Shown here: positions 1-10,061 of the stretch, one piece after another | Layout of the letters: each line of letters opens with the position of its first letter | Numbering within the stretch: position 1 is the first letter of the stretch | Assembly (NCBI GenBank): GCA_902461935.1 | Contig: CABPZP010000005.1 | Coordinates: forward strand, 4,054 to 68,053 | Reading direction: 5' to 3' | DNA from: an uncultured Clostridium sp. | Lineage (GTDB): Bacteria; Bacillota; Clostridia; TANB77; CAG-508 | Length of the DNA stretch: 64,000 nucleotides | Notes under the pieces: model-generated | Database searches by the model: none | What the model was told of the DNA's origin: nothing | The model's input: only the letters and a program-made list of their open reading frames with translations | Program-made: the position numbers and the translations under genes

Positions 1-39
1 GGATTGTTTATGAAATAACAAATTTAATAAAAAAGGAGA

Positions 40-987
40 ATGAGAATGCTATCAATTACTGAAGCCAAAAATAGATTGCCACAAGATTTTATAAATGAAT
101 TATATGAAAATTATTCCCTTCTTATGGTAGATAAAATATTAATTGGTATGAATAATACAAGATACACGAGCTTAAGAGTAAATACAATAAAATATAATAT
201 TCAAGATTTAATGAAATATTTTAAAGAGAAAAATATAAAATTTGAAAGAGTGCCATGGTATAAAGATGCATTGATAATAAAAAATGCAAATGAAAAGGCA
301 ATTCAGAAGCTAGATATATATGAAAAAGGATATATTTATTTACAAAGTTTATCAAGTATGGTTCCTCCAATAGTTTTAAACCCTAAAGCAGGAGAAAAAA
401 TTCTAGATTTAACTGCGGCTCCAGGAAGTAAAACCACACAATTAGCTGGAATTATGAATAATGAAGGATATATATTAGCAAATGAGTTAGATAAAATAAG
501 ATGTGAACGATTAAAACATAATGTTGAAGTTCAAGGGGCAACAATAGTAGAAGTAATAAATTCTAGAGGAGAAAAATTAGGTGAAACTTATGAAAATTAC
601 TTTGATAAGGTTTTATTAGATACGCCTTGCAGTGGAGAAGGTAGATTCTTAGCATATTCAAGTGCAACATATAGAGATTGGTCATTAAAAACCGTTAATC
701 AATTAACTAAATTACAAAGAAAATTGTTTGATAGTGCTTACAAGGCAGTAAAACCAGGTGGAACAATAGTATATTCAACTTGCACAATAAATAAAAATGA
801 AAATGAATTTATATTAGAGTGGATTTTAAATAATTATAAGGTAAAACTATCAGACATAAATTTAAATATTAAAGATAGCATACAGGGAAGTAATGAGGGT
901 TTAAATAGAGAAATAGAGAAATCGATAAAAATTTTACCATCAAAAGATATGGAAGGATTCTTTGTTGTTAAATTGAAAAAAGTATAA
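40..987 (+). CDS. RsmB/RsmF (NOL1/NOP2/Sun) family RNA m5C methyltransferase
   Basis: 315-aa ORF; SAM-binding motif LDLTAAPGSKTTQ; catalytic Cys motifs DTPCSGEG and STCT; hairpin terminator follows at 994-1022. Confidence 0.75.
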   Translation: MRMLSITEAKNRLPQDFINELYENYSLLMVDKILIGMNNTRYTSLRVNTIKYNIQDLMKYFKEKNIKFERVPWYKDALIIKNANEKAIQKLDIYEKGYIYLQSLSSMVPPIVLNPKAGEKILDLTAAPGSKTTQLAGIMNNEGYILANELDKIRCERLKHNVEVQGATIVEVINSRGEKLGETYENYFDKVLLDTPCSGEGRFLAYSSATYRDWSLKTVNQLTKLQRKLFDSAYKAVKPGGTIVYSTCTINKNENEFILEWILNNYKVKLSDINLNIKDSIQGSNEGLNREIEKSIKILPSKDMEGFFVVKLKKV

Positions 988-1278
988 ATAAAAAAGGAAC
1001 CAAAATATGGTTCCTCTTTTGTAGGTTATGTGGTATAAGTTAGAAGCTAAAAAAATATTTTAGCCAGTAACTCCTACCGGATATTTATCCCGATCTTTCA
1101 TGATGCTTTACCTCCAGTTACAACACATTAAATGAATACACTATTTGTAACGATTAATATTCTAACATATATGTTTACATAAGTCAACACTTTTTTGAAA
1201 AAAATTAAAATTTTATTGAATAATATTTAATTTAATGTTATAACATACGTATTAATAATATTAAGAGAGGAGAAAATA

Positions 1279-1965
1279 ATGGATTATTATTTTGTGAATT
1301 ATGGCATACTTTTTATTACATTAATTATAACTTTAGGAGCTCAATGGTATATTAATTATTGCTTCAAGAAAACATCTAAAATGAATAATGAAAGAAATAT
1401 TACAGGTATGCAGGCTGCAAGAGAAATATTAAATGCAAATGGATTGGAAGATGTAAAAGTATTGCAAGTTCCAGGTAGTTTAACAGATCATTATGACCCA
1501 AGAAATAAAACAGTAAACTTATCAGATAGTATATACGATAAAACAACAATAGCAGCAATAAGTGTTGCAGCACATGAATGTGGTCATGCAATTCAAGATA
1601 AAACAGGATATACATTTCTAAAAATTCGTAAATCTATGGTTCCACTTGTAAATATTGCAAATTATGCAGGCTATATTTCAATTTTAATTGGTGTAATATT
1701 TTCATTATTAGATTTAATTTGGATAGGAATAGCATTAGAAGCAATAATTTTACTGTTTCAACTTGTTACATTACCAGTAGAGTTCGATGCTTCAAAAAGA
1801 GCATTAAATCAAGTAGAAGAATTAGGAATTTTAGATAATAATGAATTAAAATATGGTAAAAAAATGCTTGTATCTGCAGCACTAACTTATGTAGCAGGAG
1901 CTGCAACTGCAATGTTGCAAATTTTAAGATTAATATTAATTTTTGGAGGAAGAAGAGATGATTAA
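1279..1965 (+). CDS. membrane zinc metallopeptidase (YugP-like)
   Basis: N-terminal TM helix, HECGH zinc-binding motif, C-terminal TM pair; RBS AGAGAGGAG 8 nt upstream. Confidence 0.6.
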   Translation: MDYYFVNYGILFITLIITLGAQWYINYCFKKTSKMNNERNITGMQAAREILNANGLEDVKVLQVPGSLTDHYDPRNKTVNLSDSIYDKTTIAAISVAAHECGHAIQDKTGYTFLKIRKSMVPLVNIANYAGYISILIGVIFSLLDLIWIGIALEAIILLFQLVTLPVEFDASKRALNQVEELGILDNNELKYGKKMLVSAALTYVAGAATAMLQILRLILIFGGRRDD

Positions 1966-2863
1966 AAATTTAAAAGAATGGATTTTAAATTTTATAAATG
2001 GTTTCTGTATGGCACTAGCAGATAGTGTTCCAGGGGTATCTGGGGGAACAGTTGCATTTATATTAGGATTTTACGATAAATTTATAGGTTCGTTAGATGG
2101 TTTATTTAGAGGAAAAATGGAAGAAAAAAAATCTGCATTATTATTTCTTATTAAACTTGGTATAGGGTGGGCTTGTGGATTTATAATAGCAGCATTAGTT
2201 TTAGGAAGTATATTTAATGAACAAATTTATAACATAAGTTCTTTGTTTATTGGATTTATAATATTTGCAATTCCAATAGTAATTTATGAAGAAAGAGAAG
2301 CTTTAAAGAAAAATTACTTAAACGTTCTATTTGCGTTAATAGGAATAGTATTTGTAGTTGCAATTACACTTTTAAATCCTGCAAGTGGCCAAGGAATAAG
2401 TGTACATGTAGATAATTTAAGTATTGGACTTATAGCATATGTATTTTTTGCAGCAATGATAGCAATTTCTGCAATGGTTTTACCAGGAATCTCTGGTTCA
2501 ACATTATTACTTATATTTGGACTTTATGTTCCAATTATGTCTGCAGTAAAAGAGTTTTTACATATGAACTTTTCATACTTTCCAATACTATGTGTATTTG
2601 GATTAGGAGTTATAACAGGAATAGTGTTATTTGTAGGATTAATTAGAAAAGCTTTAGAAAAATTCAGACCACAAACAATATATGTAATAATAGGAATGAT
2701 GATAGGTTCATTATTTTCTATAGTAATGGGACCAACAACACTTGAAGTACCACAAGCAGCAATGAATTTTAGCACATTTAATATATTATTCTTTATAATA
2801 GGTGGAGTAATAATAATAGGACTACAAGCATTTAAAATGTTTTTGAAGAAAGATAATGAATAA
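1958..2863 (+). CDS. DUF368-family polytopic membrane protein
   Basis: Duplicated VPG(V/I)S(G/R)SG motifs (VPGVSGGTVAFILG and LPGISGSTLLLIFG) typical of DUF368; GGAGG RBS before ATG at 1958; the track ORF starts earlier at 1943. Confidence 0.55.
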   Translation: MIKNLKEWILNFINGFCMALADSVPGVSGGTVAFILGFYDKFIGSLDGLFRGKMEEKKSALLFLIKLGIGWACGFIIAALVLGSIFNEQIYNISSLFIGFIIFAIPIVIYEEREALKKNYLNVLFALIGIVFVVAITLLNPASGQGISVHVDNLSIGLIAYVFFAAMIAISAMVLPGISGSTLLLIFGLYVPIMSAVKEFLHMNFSYFPILCVFGLGVITGIVLFVGLIRKALEKFRPQTIYVIIGMMIGSLFSIVMGPTTLEVPQAAMNFSTFNILFFIIGGVIIIGLQAFKMFLKKDNE

Positions 2864-2896
2864 CTATGAAATTTTAGAAAAAGGAAAACAATAAAT

Positions 2897-3895
2897 ATGG
2901 AAAATAATATTACAGTAAAAGAAATTATTAATATAGTTGAAAAAGCATCAACTGATTTTGAAAAAGAAAACTCAGAATTAAAAAGGAAATATTTGATTTG
3001 GAATATAGAAACTTTTAATTTTTTGGCTTCAAAAGTATCAGTAGGGTTAGGATCATTTGGGACAGGATATCCTTTTTATGCATTAGATGAGAGAATGCAA
3101 GGGAAATTACCAATTATACATGAACAAGTTAGATATAATAGACAACTGGTAAAAGATGGAGAAGGTGTTAAAAATTCAATTTGGAAGTGCAAATCATGTT
3201 TAAAACAAAACTATAAAAATATGCCTGATTTAAAAACTATATGTAAACCATGTCCCAATATGATAAATGAATTAAAACCAAGAAAAATCATAAATAGGTT
3301 GCCCGATTTGGATATGTGGGTTATTTGTAAAGATGGATGTGTGGAAGTTGCACAAGAAGAAATTAGAGAACTTTTAAATGAAATTGGAATGAACACATCT
3401 GATGTTGATCCGATTTCTTCAATTAATGATGTACATAGAATTGCAAGTCAAATAAAAAATAAAGAGTTTTCAAGAACTTTTTTACCTATTGATGCGCATA
3501 TAATTGAATATTCAAAAATAAAAAATTTAATTGAACAAGTTCCAGAAGAACTTCAAAGAGCTAAAAAAGAAGGAAGAAAGCCATATCTTCCTATTCATCC
3601 AAAATCATATAGAAAAGATTGGCAATATGATGATGAGGCATATAATTTTGTATATGACTATTTATCAGCATTTACAGGATTCAATTTTACAATGCAATTG
3701 GAAGAAAGTTTAATGAATAGCAGAATAAGAGTTGCAAAAGAAAATACAAATGAAGAATTATTAGATTATCTTTTTAAATCTGCCACACCATCAAATTTAA
3801 GAAGATTTCAGAATTTAGAACTAGAAAATTATTTTAAGAAAAAAATAAATAACTGGAGATTAAAAAACTTAGAAGATCAAGAATGTCAAAGATAG
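2897..3895 (+). CDS. hypothetical protein with a C4 zinc ribbon (CxxC-x15-CxxC); weak nucleotidyltransferase-like glycine loop
   Basis: 332-aa ORF with a good RBS; motifs GLGSFGTG, CKSC...CKPC and PDLDMWVI; no confident family assignment. Confidence 0.4.
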   Translation: MENNITVKEIINIVEKASTDFEKENSELKRKYLIWNIETFNFLASKVSVGLGSFGTGYPFYALDERMQGKLPIIHEQVRYNRQLVKDGEGVKNSIWKCKSCLKQNYKNMPDLKTICKPCPNMINELKPRKIINRLPDLDMWVICKDGCVEVAQEEIRELLNEIGMNTSDVDPISSINDVHRIASQIKNKEFSRTFLPIDAHIIEYSKIKNLIEQVPEELQRAKKEGRKPYLPIHPKSYRKDWQYDDEAYNFVYDYLSAFTGFNFTMQLEESLMNSRIRVAKENTNEELLDYLFKSATPSNLRRFQNLELENYFKKKINNWRLKNLEDQECQR

Positions 3896-3923
3896 TAAAA
3901 TAAAAAAGAAAGGAATTATAAAA

Positions 3924-4814
3924 ATGAATAAAAGAATTGATTTACATATTCATACAACAATGTCAGATGGAGTTTTAAGTCCAAAGGATGTAATAGATGA
4001 AGCTTATAAAAATGGAGTTTCGGTTATTGCAATTGCTGACCATGACACAATAGAAGCATATAATGATGAACTTTTTAATTATGCTAATAGTAAAAATATA
4101 AAATTAATTAATGCAGTTGAAATATCAACAAAAACGAATAAAGCTGGAATACATGTATTAGGATATGGATTTGAACTAGATAATGAAGAATTTAAACAAC
4201 GTTTAAGTAAAATTAGGAATGCAAGACATGATTATTTGCATAATGTTGGAAAGAAATTAAAAGAAATAGGCTATATTTTAAATGTTGAGGAGTTAGATAA
4301 AATTGATGCAGTTACTAAAGCTCATATAGCTTTAGATGTTGTAAATAACGAAATCAATAAAGAAAAATTACTAAATGATTTTGGTCATATTCCAAATAAA
4401 GGAGAATTTATAGAAACTATAATGAATGAAAATTGTCCAGCTTATGTAAAAAAAGAAACTGTAACACCAAAAAGAGCAGCAGAAATTATAAGAGATGCAA
4501 AGGGAAAAGTTGTTTTAGCTCATCCTGTAGCATATGTGCACGAAGATAATTTTAGCGATGAGGATATTTTAAACATTATAAATGACATGAAACCAGATGG
4601 ATTAGAAGCTAATTACTTATATGTTGATCGTAATAACAATAAAATTAATGAAGTAGAAAAATGGAATAACTTTGCAAAAGAGAATAATCTTTTTGTAACT
4701 GCAGGTTCAGATTTTCATAATAAAGATGGAATTAGACCAGAAATTGGCTTTATAAATACAAATTTTGTTTTAACAGATATAGAAATAGATTCAATATTAA
4801 AGAATTTATTATAA
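3924..4814 (+). CDS. PHP-domain phosphoesterase
   Basis: N-terminal DLHIHTTMSDG plus downstream HD..H motifs (IADHD, LAHP) characteristic of the PHP (polymerase/histidinol-phosphatase) fold. Confidence 0.7.
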   Translation: MNKRIDLHIHTTMSDGVLSPKDVIDEAYKNGVSVIAIADHDTIEAYNDELFNYANSKNIKLINAVEISTKTNKAGIHVLGYGFELDNEEFKQRLSKIRNARHDYLHNVGKKLKEIGYILNVEELDKIDAVTKAHIALDVVNNEINKEKLLNDFGHIPNKGEFIETIMNENCPAYVKKETVTPKRAAEIIRDAKGKVVLAHPVAYVHEDNFSDEDILNIINDMKPDGLEANYLYVDRNNNKINEVEKWNNFAKENNLFVTAGSDFHNKDGIRPEIGFINTNFVLTDIEIDSILKNLL

Positions 4815-4852
4815 AGTTATGTATAATTAACAAAAAATAATAGGAGGAAAAT

Positions 4853-5848
4853 ATGTCTTTTATAGATGAGATAAAGCAAAGAGCAAAGAATGATTTAAAA
4901 ACTATTGTACTTCCAGAAGCAACAGATATAAGAGTTTTGCAGGCAACGGAAAATATACTTAAAGAGCAATTTGCAAATGTTATATTGGTTGGAGAAAAAG
5001 ATACAATACTAAATATTGCACATGAAAGTAATATTAATATTACTGGTGTAAAAATTGTAAATCCTGCAAAATCTGATAATTACGAAAAGTATGTAAATGA
5101 TTTTTTTGAGTTAAGAAAGAAAAAAGGGATGACAATTCCAAAAGCAAAAGAACTTTTATTAGATCCAGTTTACTATGGAATGATGATGGTTAAAGAAAAT
5201 GAGGCAGATGGTTTGGTTTCTGGTGCAATTCATTCAACAGCAGATACATTAAGACCTGCACTTCAAATTTTAAAAACAGCACCAGATACAAAGCTTGTTT
5301 CTGCATTTTTCTTAATGCTTGTTCCAAATTGCGAGTATGGGGAAAATGGAACTTTTGTATTTTCCGATTGTGGTTTAAATGTAAATCCAAATTCCGAGGA
5401 ATTAGCAGAAATTGCTCATTCTTCAAGCAAAAGCTTTGAACAACTTACTGGAAAACAATCAAAAATTGCAATGCTTTCATATTCAACATATGGAAGTGCT
5501 AAATCTGAACTTACCGAAAAAGTAATTAATGCCACAGAACTTGTAAAACAAAATTATCCAGAGTTACAAGTTGATGGAGAATTGCAATTAGATGCAGCAA
5601 TTATACCAGAAATTGCAGATATGAAAGCTCCAGGAAGTGATATAAAAGGAAAGGCTAATACTTTAATATTCCCTGACTTAAATGCAGGAAATATAGGTTA
5701 TAAATTAACACAAAGATTTGCAAAAGCAGAAGCTTATGGACCACTTTGCCAAGGAATTGCAAAACCTGTAAACGATTTATCACGTGGATGCAATAGCAAA
5801 GATATAGAAGGTGTTGTGGCAATTACAGCTGTGCAAGCACAAAAATAA
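4853..5848 (+). CDS. pta: phosphate acetyltransferase
   Basis: 331 aa; conserved Pta/PTA_PTB family regions (GLVSGA, SDCG...NPNSE, LIFPDLNAGNIGYKL); immediately upstream of ackA. Confidence 0.9.
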   Translation: MSFIDEIKQRAKNDLKTIVLPEATDIRVLQATENILKEQFANVILVGEKDTILNIAHESNINITGVKIVNPAKSDNYEKYVNDFFELRKKKGMTIPKAKELLLDPVYYGMMMVKENEADGLVSGAIHSTADTLRPALQILKTAPDTKLVSAFFLMLVPNCEYGENGTFVFSDCGLNVNPNSEELAEIAHSSSKSFEQLTGKQSKIAMLSYSTYGSAKSELTEKVINATELVKQNYPELQVDGELQLDAAIIPEIADMKAPGSDIKGKANTLIFPDLNAGNIGYKLTQRFAKAEAYGPLCQGIAKPVNDLSRGCNSKDIEGVVAITAVQAQK

Positions 5849-5871
5849 TAATTTGAAAAGGAGAAGATATA

Positions 5872-7062
5872 ATGAAAATTTTAGTTTTAAATTGTGGAAG
5901 TTCATCTTTAAAATATCAATTAATAAATATGGAAACAGATGAAGTTATGGCTTCAGGAAAATATGAAAGAATAGGGGAGAAAGAAGCTTTTATAACTCAT
6001 AAAGTAAATGGTAAAAAAATAGTAATTGAACATACTGCTATGAACCATGAAGAAGCAGTAGATTTTACATTAAAACAACTTGTTAACCCAGAATATAAAG
6101 TTATAGATTCTTTAGATGAAATAAATGCAATAGGACATAGATTAGTTCATGGAGGGGAAAAAATAAGCGAATCTGTTGTTATAGATGATAACGTTGTAAA
6201 TGTACTAAAAGAATGTATAGATTTAGCACCGCTTCATAATCCTGCTGGAATAATAGGAATAGAAGCTTGCAAAAAAGTTATGCCTGGTAAACCAATGGTA
6301 GGTGTTTTCGACACAGCTTTTCATCAAACAATGCCTAAAGAAAGGTATTTATACCCTATAAACTATGAATACTATGAAAAATATGGAATAAGAAAATATG
6401 GATTCCATGGAACTTCTCATATGTATGTTTCAAATAGACTTGCAGAAATAGAAAACAAAGATATTAAAGATATGAAAATAGTTACTTGCCACTTAGGACA
6501 AGGTTCAAGTATATGTGCTGTTGAAGGAGGTAAGTCTGTAGACACAAGTATGGGATTAACACCTCTTGCTGGAATACCAATGGTTACTAGAAGTGGAGAC
6601 TTAGACCCATCTGTTGTTACATTTTTAATGAAAAAAGAAAATTTAACTCCTGAAGAGATAGAAAACAAATTAAATAAAGAAAGTGGTGTTCAAGGAATCT
6701 CAGGACTTGCACCAGATTTTAGAGAAATAGAAGCAGAATCTGTAAATGGAAATGAAAGAGCAGATATCGCAATGAAATCTTTTAAATATGCAGTTGCAAG
6801 TTTTATAGCAAAATATGCAGTTGCAATGAATGGTGTAGATGCAATAGTATTTACAGGTGGAGTTGGAGAAAACCAAATAAAAATAAGAGAAGGAATATGC
6901 AATCAACTTACATTTATGGGAGTTGAAATAGACCCAGAGAAAAACAATGTAAGAAGTGAAGAAAAATTAGTATCAAAAGATTCTTCAAAAGTTAAAGTAT
7001 ATGTAATACCAACAAATGAGGAATTAATGATAGCAAAAGAAACAGAAAGATTGGTAAAATAA
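5872..7062 (+). CDS. ackA: acetate kinase
   Basis: 396 aa; MKILVLNCGSSSLKYQL N-terminus, HRLVHGG, GFHGTSH and VFTGGVGEN motifs of acetate kinase. Confidence 0.92.
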   Translation: MKILVLNCGSSSLKYQLINMETDEVMASGKYERIGEKEAFITHKVNGKKIVIEHTAMNHEEAVDFTLKQLVNPEYKVIDSLDEINAIGHRLVHGGEKISESVVIDDNVVNVLKECIDLAPLHNPAGIIGIEACKKVMPGKPMVGVFDTAFHQTMPKERYLYPINYEYYEKYGIRKYGFHGTSHMYVSNRLAEIENKDIKDMKIVTCHLGQGSSICAVEGGKSVDTSMGLTPLAGIPMVTRSGDLDPSVVTFLMKKENLTPEEIENKLNKESGVQGISGLAPDFREIEAESVNGNERADIAMKSFKYAVASFIAKYAVAMNGVDAIVFTGGVGENQIKIREGICNQLTFMGVEIDPEKNNVRSEEKLVSKDSSKVKVYVIPTNEELMIAKETERLVK

Positions 7063-7070
7063 TGAAATTG

Positions 7071-7117
7071 GGGACGGGGTCAAAAATCACTATAAAAGAT
7101 GATTTTTGACCCCGTCC
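7071..7117. terminator. bidirectional intrinsic terminator hairpin between ackA and the tetR-family gene
   Basis: GGGACGGGGTCAAAAATCA ... TGATTTTTGACCCCGTCC, a perfect 19-bp stem, between convergent genes. Confidence 0.7.
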
Positions 7118-7122
7118 ATCGT

Positions 7123-7728
7123 TTATTCATTTATTAAATTCACAATAGTTTGCAAAACTAAATTTGTCATTATATCGTAATTCATATTTGAATGTTTATG
7201 ATAAACAATTTCATGACATAGGTTATCTATTAAACCTATTATTATATGAACTTTTTCAAATAAATTTTCTGAATTAAATCCATTTTGAATTAATAAATTT
7301 GTTATATTTTCTGTCATTTTTATTTCATGTTTATGAAAAAATTCAGCAATTTCTTTATCAGAATGAGTCATAGCTGTTATTTCTTCGTGAGCTTGTTGAG
7401 AAAGCTTATGATTTTCTATAAATTTATTAATCATTTCTCGTAAAACATTTTCAATGTTATTTTTATTAATTTTAGTTTCAGCAATATTTAACATAGGATA
7501 AAAAATATCATCTGCATAAATTTTAATACCCTCAATTAAAATATCGTGTTTATCTTTAAAATAATTATAAACAATACCAGTAGAAACACCTGCAGCTTTA
7601 GCAATTTCAGCAGTATTAGTATTATAATAACCCTTCTTACAAATTAACTCAAAACCACATTTAATTATTTTTTCTTTCTTCTTAATAGAACGCTTTTGAA
7701 CAGGTTCTCTAATAGAACTTTCTTTCAT
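7123..7728 (-). CDS. TetR/AcrR family transcriptional regulator
   Basis: N-terminal HTH (TNTAEIAKAAGVSTGIVYNYFKDKHDIL) with an all-helical C-terminal domain. Confidence 0.85.
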   Translation of the reverse strand: MKESSIREPVQKRSIKKKEKIIKCGFELICKKGYYNTNTAEIAKAAGVSTGIVYNYFKDKHDILIEGIKIYADDIFYPMLNIAETKINKNNIENVLREMINKFIENHKLSQQAHEEITAMTHSDKEIAEFFHKHEIKMTENITNLLIQNGFNSENLFEKVHIIIGLIDNLCHEIVYHKHSNMNYDIMTNLVLQTIVNLINE

Positions 7729-8109
7729 AACAAACCTCCATAATAAACAAAATTATAAAATGAAAATAAAATTATGTCAAACATTAAAATTACATTATCA
7801 TAAAATCAAAAATATATTTTTTTGAAATGCCGCGTAAGCGAGCAAACGAACAGATTATTCTGTGAGTGCGATTTGGAGCAATCTTCATTTTATTAATTTA
7901 CATATTTGAAACATATGAATAATGTATATTAATTTTATAAAAAAGATAATTATATGTTAAATGGTCTTTTGACCATTTTAAAATCCGAAGATTGCGACAC
8001 CAAGGCATAAAAAACAATATATTTTTGATTATATAAAATGAAATGTGAAATAAACTTCAAATTCTATTGACAATTATACTATAAAAAAATATAATAAAAA
8101 AGAAAAAAT

Positions 8110-8750
8110 ATGAAACAAATTTCATATAAGGAGGAAAGAATGAAAAAAATAGTAGAATTAAAAAATGTTAGTAAAGTTTATAAAGCAGGAGAAAAAGAGT
8201 TTAAAGCACTAGACGATATTGATTTATCTATAAACAAAGGAGAGTTCGTTGTAGTACTAGGACCATCAGGTGCTGGAAAATCTACATTACTTAATTTAAT
8301 AGGAGGTATGGATACACCAACAAGTGGTCAAATAATTATAGATGATGAAAATATTTCAAACTATAATGAAGAAAAAATAAGTGAATATAAAGCAGAAAAC
8401 ATAGGATTTATTTTTCAATTTTATAACATCTTACCAACACTTACAGTGTTAGAAAATGTTGACAACTATCAGGAGCAGATACTAAAGGTTATAAAATAGA
8501 AGATGAAATAACTTGGCATATATCTGGTAATAATACATATTATACTTCAAAAATAGTAGGATTTAATAAAGACTCACAAAATCAAAATGTAACAATGACA
8601 AGGAAATACTTAGAAAGCTTAGGAATAGAATATAAGCCAGATTCATTATATACAAATACAGATTTAATAGGAACATTTTTAGTATCTAAATTCCTTGCAA
8701 GAAAAATAAATAAAATAGATATAGTTTCTAGTTTAAAAGCAAATGAATAA
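8110..8750 (+). pseudogene. degraded ABC transporter: truncated ATPase fused out of frame to a C-terminal permease fragment
   Basis: Walker A GPSGAGKST and Q-loop are present, but the ATPase ORF stops after 129 aa, just after LTVLENV, with no signature or Walker B. The -1 frame continues for about 90 aa (…ITWHISGNN…IDIVSSLKANE) that look like the tail of an FtsX-type permease. Confidence 0.5.
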
Positions 8751-8810
8751 AATGTGGTACATTATTTTTATTACAAGATGAATTATTAGAAATAAATTAA
8801 TGCAAAACGT

Positions 8811-8838
8811 TGTAGGGGCGGACGCCTTAAGTCCGCCC
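8811..8838. repeat. GC-rich hairpin unit led by TGTAGGGG (variant of hairpin A)
   Basis: TGTAGGGGCGGACGCCTTAAGTCCGCCC; member of a dispersed family (see findings). Confidence 0.7.
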
Positions 8839-8861
8839 AAATAAGAAAAAAGGTGATAATT

Positions 8862-9638
8862 ATGCAATTGTTATTAGGGTTAGGAATTCCATTATTAGGC
8901 ACGGTACTTGGAGCTGCAATGGTATTCTTTATGAGAAATAAAATGAATATAAAAGTAGAAAAAATACTTTTAGGATTTGCATCTGGAGTGATGATAGCAG
9001 CTTCAATATGGTCGTTAATTATGCCATCTATAGATATGGCAAAAGAACAAGGCAAAATTGCTTGGATACCGGCAAGTATAGGATTTTTATTTGGAATAGT
9101 ATTTTTACTTGTATTAGATAGTTTAATTCCACATATGCACTTGGAAAGCGATAAGCCAGAAGGTATAAAAACAAAACTTAAAAAAACTACAATGCTTGTT
9201 TTAGCAGTTACACTCCATAATATACCAGAGGGAATGGCAGTAGGTGTAACATTTGCAGGAACAATAATAGGGAACACAGGAATAACAATGGCAGGAGCTT
9301 TTGCACTTGCTATTGGAATTGCCATACAGAACTTTCCAGAAGGTGCAATAATATCAATGCCATTAAAAAGTGAAGGGATGAGCAAAACAAAAGCATTTAT
9401 GTATGGAGCATTTTCAGGAGTTGTAGAACCAATAGGAGCGATAATAACAATACTATTTACCAAAGCAGTTATACCAATACTTCCATATATACTTTCATTT
9501 GCAGCAGGAGCGATGATATATGTAGTGGTAGAAGAACTAATACCAGAATCACAAGCAGGAGAACACTCAAATATAGGAACAATAGGGGTAGCAATAGGAT
9601 TTGTAGTAATGATGATTTTAGATGTAGCGTTAGGATAA
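8862..9638 (+). CDS. zupT: ZIP-family zinc transporter
   Basis: About 259 aa, eight predicted TM helices, conserved HNIPEGMAVG and HxxxE-like motifs; RBS AAGGTGA 6 nt upstream of ATG 8862. Confidence 0.85.
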   Translation: MQLLLGLGIPLLGTVLGAAMVFFMRNKMNIKVEKILLGFASGVMIAASIWSLIMPSIDMAKEQGKIAWIPASIGFLFGIVFLLVLDSLIPHMHLESDKPEGIKTKLKKTTMLVLAVTLHNIPEGMAVGVTFAGTIIGNTGITMAGAFALAIGIAIQNFPEGAIISMPLKSEGMSKTKAFMYGAFSGVVEPIGAIITILFTKAVIPILPYILSFAAGAMIYVVVEELIPESQAGEHSNIGTIGVAIGFVVMMILDVALG

Positions 9639-9663
9639 ATAAATTGGAATTTTATAATGCAAA

Positions 9664-9700
9664 GAGACGACACACCTTTTGAGTATGTCGTCGTTTTTTT
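9664..9700 (+). terminator. intrinsic terminator of zupT
   Basis: GAGACGACACACC-TTTTGAG-TATGTCGTCG hairpin followed by a T7 run. Confidence 0.7.
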
Positions 9701-9711
9701 CTTAGGTCTAA

Positions 9712-9960
9712 TTAGTCGATAGAAGATACAAGGATGTTTTTCATGCCATTATCATTCTTCTTTCTTCCTTCTTTAGCAACCAACTTGCCATAATTTATGA
9801 AGCTTCTCTGTCCATATTCTGTTGTGATAGTACAACTACCAATTTCAGAATGAATGTCTAATGTATTAAACATCATTTCAGTATATTCTTTGGATTCGTT
9901 GGGCTTAAGTTCTGTACCTAAGATTTCAAGTGTGACTGATGTCTGATTTGTTACTGTCAT
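9712..9960 (-). CDS. hypothetical small protein (82 aa)
   Basis: Intact ORF with RBS GGAGGTG; no recognisable motif; its 3' end lies inside the 17-bp direct repeat. Confidence 0.4.
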   Translation of the reverse strand: MTVTNQTSVTLEILGTELKPNESKEYTEMMFNTLDIHSEIGSCTITTEYGQRSFINYGKLVAKEGRKKNDNGMKNILVSSID

Positions 9961-10061
9961 AACAGCACCTCCTAATTAATTTGTAATTCTATTATATTAT
10001 AATTTACATAAAATGTCAAATCTTGCTTTTAATCACATTTTACATATATAATTCATTTGTT

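Noticed and set aside
8786-9673. 295-aa minus-strand ORF
   Set aside because: It is antisense to zupT, with a low-complexity Ile/Pro/Ser-rich translation typical of a shadow frame in AT-rich DNA; the same applies to other long antisense ORFs (36367-36978, 42658-43158, 18660-19184, 60814-61350).
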